Shown here: positions 59,299-64,000 of the stretch, one piece after another
Layout: each line of letters opens with the position of its first letter
How positions within the stretch are numbered: position 1 is the first letter of the stretch
Origin: a virus
Strand: one strand, 5' to 3'
IMG/VR virus record: IMGVR_UViG_3300031918_000006
Span: 32,001-96,000 of that record
DNA length: 64,000 bases
The notes under the pieces: generated by a model
What the model saw: only the letters and a program-made list of their open reading frames with translations
The model's database searches: none
Told to the model about the DNA's origin: nothing
Made by a program: the position numbers and the translations under genes

Positions 59299-60379
59299 TC
59301 TTTTCTAATTTTGTATGTTTAGTTTCCCAAACATCGTGTTTTTTATAGTGGTAGTCTAACTTTCCACTTTGTATCATTGCATCTAAATTATCTAAAAATA
59401 ACTTAGTTTTCTCTCTTCCATGTTTCTTATGAAAATCAGAAATATCTTTTGATTTATAATTACTTGGAATCCAATAGAATAATGCCTTATACATTTTTCT
59501 AAGAGTGCTCATAGCCTTCATACCAGCTCTATCTGGATCATACCAAAAAACCACATGTGTAAATCTTTTTTGTAAAGCTTCTACTTGTTCTTTTTTTAAA
59601 TATGAATTTTCAGATTGTGCTGAGATTGCATAAAATCCTAATCCTCTTAAAGTTAAAATATCTTTCATAGATTTAGTAACTATCACTAATTCTCCTTTTT
59701 TAGGTAATAAGTGAAGTCCCTGTAATTTAGAAGTATTTAATAAAAATCTGTATTTTATCTTAGATGGAAAATAAATCTTCCACAATTCTCTATTATCTTC
59801 ATGCCCTAAAAAATATCCATAAATTGGACATTTATCAGTAGAAAAATAAGAGGGGATATTGTTAAGAAATACACTTTTTATAGAATAAACTCTTCCTTCT
59901 TTTAGTAACTCTTTTGTTACACCAAAACTATTCCACCATTCAAGTTCTTTTTCACTAAAATCTTTTACCTCAACTTTGATATCACAAGGTTCCTTATTAT
60001 CAATAATTTCTCCTGTATAAACACACCTTGGATCACTTTTGGCAACATCTGGTATATCACATATTCTGAAATCATTAGCAATTATTTGTAAAGCTTTGTG
60101 ATAAGTGCATTTATTTAAATACATTACCACATCGATAAAATTGAAATTAGTACCACTTCCAAAATCTTTATAACGTAAACCTGCCTTATCACTTCTATAG
60201 AAGCTACAAGTTTCTCTGTGATCTACTCTTAGAGTAGATTTAAATAATTTTTTGGTGACTGGAACTCCCAGATAAAAACTCATGTATTGTTCTTCTGGGT
60301 ATTTCTTCAGTAAAAGTTCTTTGGTTATTTCTGGTTGTATTAAAAACATTTTTTTGATTTTTTGCACAAAATAGAACAT
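59291..60379 (-). CDS. DNA primase, TOPRIM (likely start 60349)
   Basis: N-terminal S.LR.D...CSF...KDFGSG; VIVTKSMKD, SAQSE, YDPDRAG, KDISD. Confidence 0.8.
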   Translation of the reverse strand: MFYFVQKIKKMFLIQPEITKELLLKKYPEEQYMSFYLGVPVTKKLFKSTLRVDHRETCSFYRSDKAGLRYKDFGSGTNFNFIDVVMYLNKCTYHKALQIIANDFRICDIPDVAKSDPRCVYTGEIIDNKEPCDIKVEVKDFSEKELEWWNSFGVTKELLKEGRVYSIKSVFLNNIPSYFSTDKCPIYGYFLGHEDNRELWKIYFPSKIKYRFLLNTSKLQGLHLLPKKGELVIVTKSMKDILTLRGLGFYAISAQSENSYLKKEQVEALQKRFTHVVFWYDPDRAGMKAMSTLRKMYKALFYWIPSNYKSKDISDFHKKHGREKTKLFLDNLDAMIQSGKLDYHYKKHDVWETKHTKLEKNG

Positions 60380-60430
60380 TGTTTAATAAACAATCTTCAC
60401 AATGATCATTTGGGTAGTACATTTTAAAAT

Positions 60431-60450
60431 AAAGGGGGTTTCCCCCCTTT
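60431..60450. terminator. Intrinsic terminator after the SSB-like gene
   Basis: AAAGGGGG-tttc-CCCCCTTT. Confidence 0.8.
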
Positions 60451-60452
60451 TA

Positions 60453-61124
60453 TTATAAATCCGTTAAACTGTCCATTTTTAAATTACTGGGTGAACTTTT
60501 AGGAACATCCAGTCCTTCTAATTCAGCAACAGGTTGTCTAGGCATACTTGTTGGAGTTGCTTGAACAAAATTAGCAATTCTCTTCATCTCCTTATCGGTA
60601 AAACCTAAATTTGTACCAACATAAGTAGATGTTCTATAAACTACTTTTTCCTTATTAATTGCTAATGGGAAGCCAGGAAATTTAGCTGCACCATTCTTGT
60701 CTTTATCTAACTTGATTTGGATCTTAGCTCCTACGAAGTCTTTGGTAGAATCTACGAAAATGTTTCTCATATCTTCCCAACTCTTAATAGTTAAAACTTT
60801 AGTTCCATCTGTGATTTCTTTGTATAATACAGGATTAACTGCAGCAATAAGCTGTTTGAAATAGTCTTGAATTACCTCAGCGTTAGAAGGATTTTCTCCA
60901 AATTGGGAAGTAGTCCTTTTATAACCTTCTGGTTTTGGCTCAAAAATAGTATCTCTAAATTGTCCATGTTCGTTCTCGAACTTCACAACTATTACTTTAA
61001 ATTCACCATTTTTATAATCTGCTTTTTCAACTCCTTTAAATTCAACATCATGAATCTTAAAGCCCTCTAATAGGGGTTTGCTTGTGCTTACATTTACACT
61101 GTTATCAATACTAAATCCGTTCAT
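60453..61124 (-). CDS. Putative single-stranded DNA-binding protein
   Basis: Lies downstream of the Sak4-like gene; OB-like beta-rich N-terminus and a flexible tail ending DSLTDL. Assignment rests mostly on context. Confidence 0.5.
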   Translation of the reverse strand: MNGFSIDNSVNVSTSKPLLEGFKIHDVEFKGVEKADYKNGEFKVIVVKFENEHGQFRDTIFEPKPEGYKRTTSQFGENPSNAEVIQDYFKQLIAAVNPVLYKEITDGTKVLTIKSWEDMRNIFVDSTKDFVGAKIQIKLDKDKNGAAKFPGFPLAINKEKVVYRTSTYVGTNLGFTDKEMKRIANFVQATPTSMPRQPVAELEGLDVPKSSPSNLKMDSLTDL

Positions 61125-61126
61125 TC

Positions 61127-61636
61127 TTACTTAATTATAAATTTTCCTATATTCAACTCTAAATCATCCCCTATATTAGTAGAATGTTCTAAAGTCTCTA
61201 GTGTTACTGCAGGTACAGATCCTTTAACTAATGACTGTCCTATTAATTTTACGCTGCCGTCTCCCATGTCTTTTACATCGAATATTTCCCCGTGTTTTAA
61301 TAAGCTATCTCGTTGATCTCCCCTAAATGACACTGTAGATGCCTTTGTGAGTTTATTACCATTTCCTTCTTCATTGAAGACTTTAGCCGGAGCTAAGAAA
61401 GGTACGATAAACTCTCCATCATCTTTATATCTAACCACTAATCTATCCCCTTCCTTAACTTTTAAAAGTTCAGTAAGTCTGGGAGTTAATAGTAATTTGT
61501 TTGTGTCGAGTGTTACTTGTAACGCCTCGTTTATCTCAATTTGTTTTTTATTCTTTGTAGGTGTTTTGACAGAATCACCAACAGTGACCGATACAACCTC
61601 TTGGTTGATCGGATCAAAGTCAATTATAATCTTCAT
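61127..61636 (-). CDS. Hypothetical protein (start at ATG 61636, TAATG-coupled)
   Basis: LLLTPRLTELLKVKEGDRLVV is AbrB-like. Confidence 0.55.
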   Translation of the reverse strand: MKIIIDFDPINQEVVSVTVGDSVKTPTKNKKQIEINEALQVTLDTNKLLLTPRLTELLKVKEGDRLVVRYKDDGEFIVPFLAPAKVFNEEGNGNKLTKASTVSFRGDQRDSLLKHGEIFDVKDMGDGSVKLIGQSLVKGSVPAVTLETLEHSTNIGDDLELNIGKFIIK

Positions 61637-62373
61637 TACTCTTTGATTAAAGATGGATAGATTCGTTCCCAATAGGAAATGAACTTGCCATCGATTTTCT
61701 CAGCTACAACAATTTCTTGTCCACTTAAATGCTCTGGTCTAGCACCACACATAAACTCATCTCCAGTTCCAAAATTGATTACTGTCTGATTCTCAGCATT
61801 TCTATATACATAGCCAATTGCATCAGAATTAGCCGAAGCTATTCTTTTACTCTTACCTACTAAATCTAAATCCTTTAAATTAAATTCAGCACCAGCTTTT
61901 TCTAACTGAGTGTCTTTTACGTGTCCTACTAAAATAACATTAGGACATACTGTTTCTACCCAACCAATTACTTTGAAAAAAGCTTGTCTAAGATACAGAT
62001 ATCCTGCACCGTTAGGTAGAGTTAAAATGTTAGTCCCTACATAGTTAGCGCCCATTGGCGTTTGCTGATACATTTGAACAGCAAGAGGAGCACAAATGTC
62101 TTCTAATGCAGTTACAGTATCTAATGCTACAAATTCATAGGGATTACCTGCTTTTTTGATTTCTCTACAGATTTCTAGAATATCCTCTGCAGTTTTAGCT
62201 TTAACCTTTAAGGCTTCTACATAATCACTACCTGATTCTAGATCTATAATTAAGCAATTAGGTAAAGTGCTTAATAGAGTTGTTTTTCCAACCTTTGGTA
62301 ATCCAAAAAGAATTAAATTCTTTGGATTCTGGGTTGTTGCTTTAATTTTTTCAGTTGGCAAACTTACAGCCAT
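61636..62373 (-). CDS. AAA_24 / Sak4-like ATPase (recombinase)
   Basis: FGLPKVGKTT, IDLESG, VALDTVT, ILVGH, DAIGY. Confidence 0.85.
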   Translation of the reverse strand: MAVSLPTEKIKATTQNPKNLILFGLPKVGKTTLLSTLPNCLIIDLESGSDYVEALKVKAKTAEDILEICREIKKAGNPYEFVALDTVTALEDICAPLAVQMYQQTPMGANYVGTNILTLPNGAGYLYLRQAFFKVIGWVETVCPNVILVGHVKDTQLEKAGAEFNLKDLDLVGKSKRIASANSDAIGYVYRNAENQTVINFGTGDEFMCGARPEHLSGQEIVVAEKIDGKFISYWERIYPSLIKE

Positions 62374-62507
62374 AATATTTTTAATCGTATTAGTTAAACA
62401 TATAGTAAATATAAATATTCACTTTACGTAAGAGCCATCTTTTTCTTTGTGTTTGCTCTAAATGTTTAACTTGGGGGAATTACTTCACCCGGCCAGGATA
62501 TACCTGA

Positions 62508-63599
62508 CTAAAGGAAGAATCCAGTTTTTTCTTCTGGTTGTGTACTTCCTAATTTTTTATCAATCCACATGGGATTGTTAAATATTGAATAATCAATATT
62601 AGAATCATCTCCATCACCAGTAAGTTCTGGTAATTCTTTGACTCTGTTAACTTTTCCATAAAAAGAGACAGGGACTACTTTTTCAGAGTCACCATATCTA
62701 TTTTTCAATAAACATAGAAATCTTGCTTTATCACGAAGTTTTGTTATATCATAACCTCTGTGCTTCATCTGCTTTTCTTTAAAAGGATTGTATATTCCAA
62801 TCACGATCTCTGCATCTTCACTTGGAGCTCCACTATCCTTAATATCCTCAAGGGTGGGTTCTAATAAATTTGCATTTCTTCTATCCATAGAAGTTTGATC
62901 TCTATTTACTTGCATCAACACTAAAATAGCATATTTGCATTTATTTCTAAACCATAGTAAATAGGATGAAGCTAAATCAATCTCTTCTTTTTTACTTCTT
63001 CCTTTTGATCTTCTCATTAATCCAATATGGTCCATTATGACCAGACGAATTTGTTCAGGATTATTAGGAGTATAAAATTCAGAATTTCCCCTTTCTTCAA
63101 AGGTACCTTCAGATTCTGCATAAGTTTTTAAGAAAGCCCATAGGCTTTCACAATGCAAAGTTTTATCAAAAATCACTAAATGAGATTCGATTAACTCTAA
63201 CCACTCCAGTGCTTTTAAAATATATGCATAATTATCATCTGATAAAGATTCTTTCTTTGAGAATATTTCCTTGTAACCTAACTGTATTCCATATGTTTCC
63301 ATCATGAAAATACTCGCGAGTTTAGCAAGAAGCATCTCTCCAGTCATCTCTAAACTGAAATAAATTATTTTAAAATCTTTTCCTTCTTTCAACATGGCCA
63401 TTAATGGCCGATAAATATAACAATATAAGGCTATTGAAGTTTTTCCACTTCCGGTTTTACCAAAAAGAACTGTATACATCTCTGGAGTTACACCATAAAT
63501 ATACTCTTCTAATCTAGGCATTCCCATAGAAATACCTATATTTTTACCTTCTCTTCCTCTATCTATCTGATTCTTAAGCTTACTTCTATAATTACTCAT
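62508..63599 (-). CDS. dnaB: DnaB-like replicative helicase (ends in TAG)
   Basis: GKTGSGKT, FSLEM, IMDHIGL, QVNR, DIKDSG..EDAE, KNRYG. Confidence 0.9.
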   Translation of the reverse strand: MSNYRSKLKNQIDRGREGKNIGISMGMPRLEEYIYGVTPEMYTVLFGKTGSGKTSIALYCYIYRPLMAMLKEGKDFKIIYFSLEMTGEMLLAKLASIFMMETYGIQLGYKEIFSKKESLSDDNYAYILKALEWLELIESHLVIFDKTLHCESLWAFLKTYAESEGTFEERGNSEFYTPNNPEQIRLVIMDHIGLMRRSKGRSKKEEIDLASSYLLWFRNKCKYAILVLMQVNRDQTSMDRRNANLLEPTLEDIKDSGAPSEDAEIVIGIYNPFKEKQMKHRGYDITKLRDKARFLCLLKNRYGDSEKVVPVSFYGKVNRVKELPELTGDGDDSNIDYSIFNNPMWIDKKLGSTQPEEKTGFFL

Positions 63600-64000
63600 A
63601 CTAATTCTGAGGAATCAAAAGTTGCTTGAAAGTTAGCTTTTACCTCTCCAGATTTAATTTTTGAAAGGTCTATCCATTTCCGTGAAATCACGAATTCGGC
63701 TAAACCAAATTGAATTAAATTGTTTTCTGTTGCCCACTTAACTAATTCTATTATTTCATTATGCTTATCTATTTTAAAGCGAATTGCTTTAGCATACATG
63801 AAAGAAAAATCCTCTAAACTTCTAAAATGTTTAGCAATATTTTTCATTGGAAATGATTTATTTCCTGAAGTAATAAAACATGGATATGTAGTCAATAGTT
63901 CAAATCCCATATCTCCAGCAGTTTTAAAATATTTCTCACTAAATAGTTTTGAAAGTTTTATCTTGCTAGGATCAAAGGATACACCTGGACCAGGTATTTT
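63596..64000 (-). CDS. Hypothetical protein upstream of dnaB (5'-truncated by window edge)
   Basis: Frame is open from 64000 (AAA ATA CCT...) through the ATG at 63910 to TGA, with ATGA overlap with dnaB. Confidence 0.6.
   Translation of the reverse strand, partial: KIPGPGVSFDPSKIKLSKLFSEKYFKTAGDMGFELLTTYPCFITSGNKSFPMKNIAKHFRSLEDFSFMYAKAIRFKIDKHNEIIELVKWATENNLIQFGLAEFVISRKWIDLSKIKSGEVKANFQATFDSSELV

Noticed and set aside
37935-61646. Short + strand ORFs within the replication block, and the - strand ORFs 52917-53120 and 60240-60422
   Set aside because: They overlap well-supported genes. A tiny real ORF at 60422 cannot be excluded but is unsupported.
62374-62507. tRNA (amber suppressor) in the intergenic gaps here or at 3133-3377
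   Set aside because: No TTCGA T-loop, D-loop GG or cloverleaf spacing is recognisable by eye.
1-64000. Wholesale genetic code 15 across the window
   Set aside because: ORFs up to 8 kb are uninterrupted under code 11; only one internal TAG was found.

Overview
AT-rich (roughly 30% GC by eye), densely coding segment of a lytic tailed phage genome, most consistent with a crAss-like phage (Crassvirales) infecting Bacteroidota. Two convergent blocks meet at a bidirectional terminator near 36.7 kb. The + strand (1-36.7 kb) holds late virion/cargo genes. These include five giant proteins: one with an SF1 helicase domain, a virion RNA polymerase with a DYDID motif apparently split into two ORFs, one with two HExxH zincin motifs, and one with a PD-(D/E)xK nuclease domain. 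The - strand (36.7-64 kb) holds replication, recombination and nucleotide/NAD genes: DnaB, Sak4-like ATPase, SSB, primase, resolvase, rIIA/rIIB, exonuclease, NrdJ, ThyX, dUTPase, PncB, NadE, DNA ligase and a Dda-like helicase. Most striking observation: all four junctions between the five Cys-poor giant proteins pair a C-terminal Cys with an N-terminal Cys, suggesting a head-to-tail docking/disulfide chain of ejected proteins. One such junction falls inside the RNA polymerase. Also notable are a single in-frame TAG that probably reads as Gln, a macro-like domain inserted in the RNAP, a PncB+NadE NAD module, two candidate structured RNAs, an acidic DNA-mimic candidate and a four-member paralog family. 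All product calls rest on motifs recognised by eye; no database searches were run.
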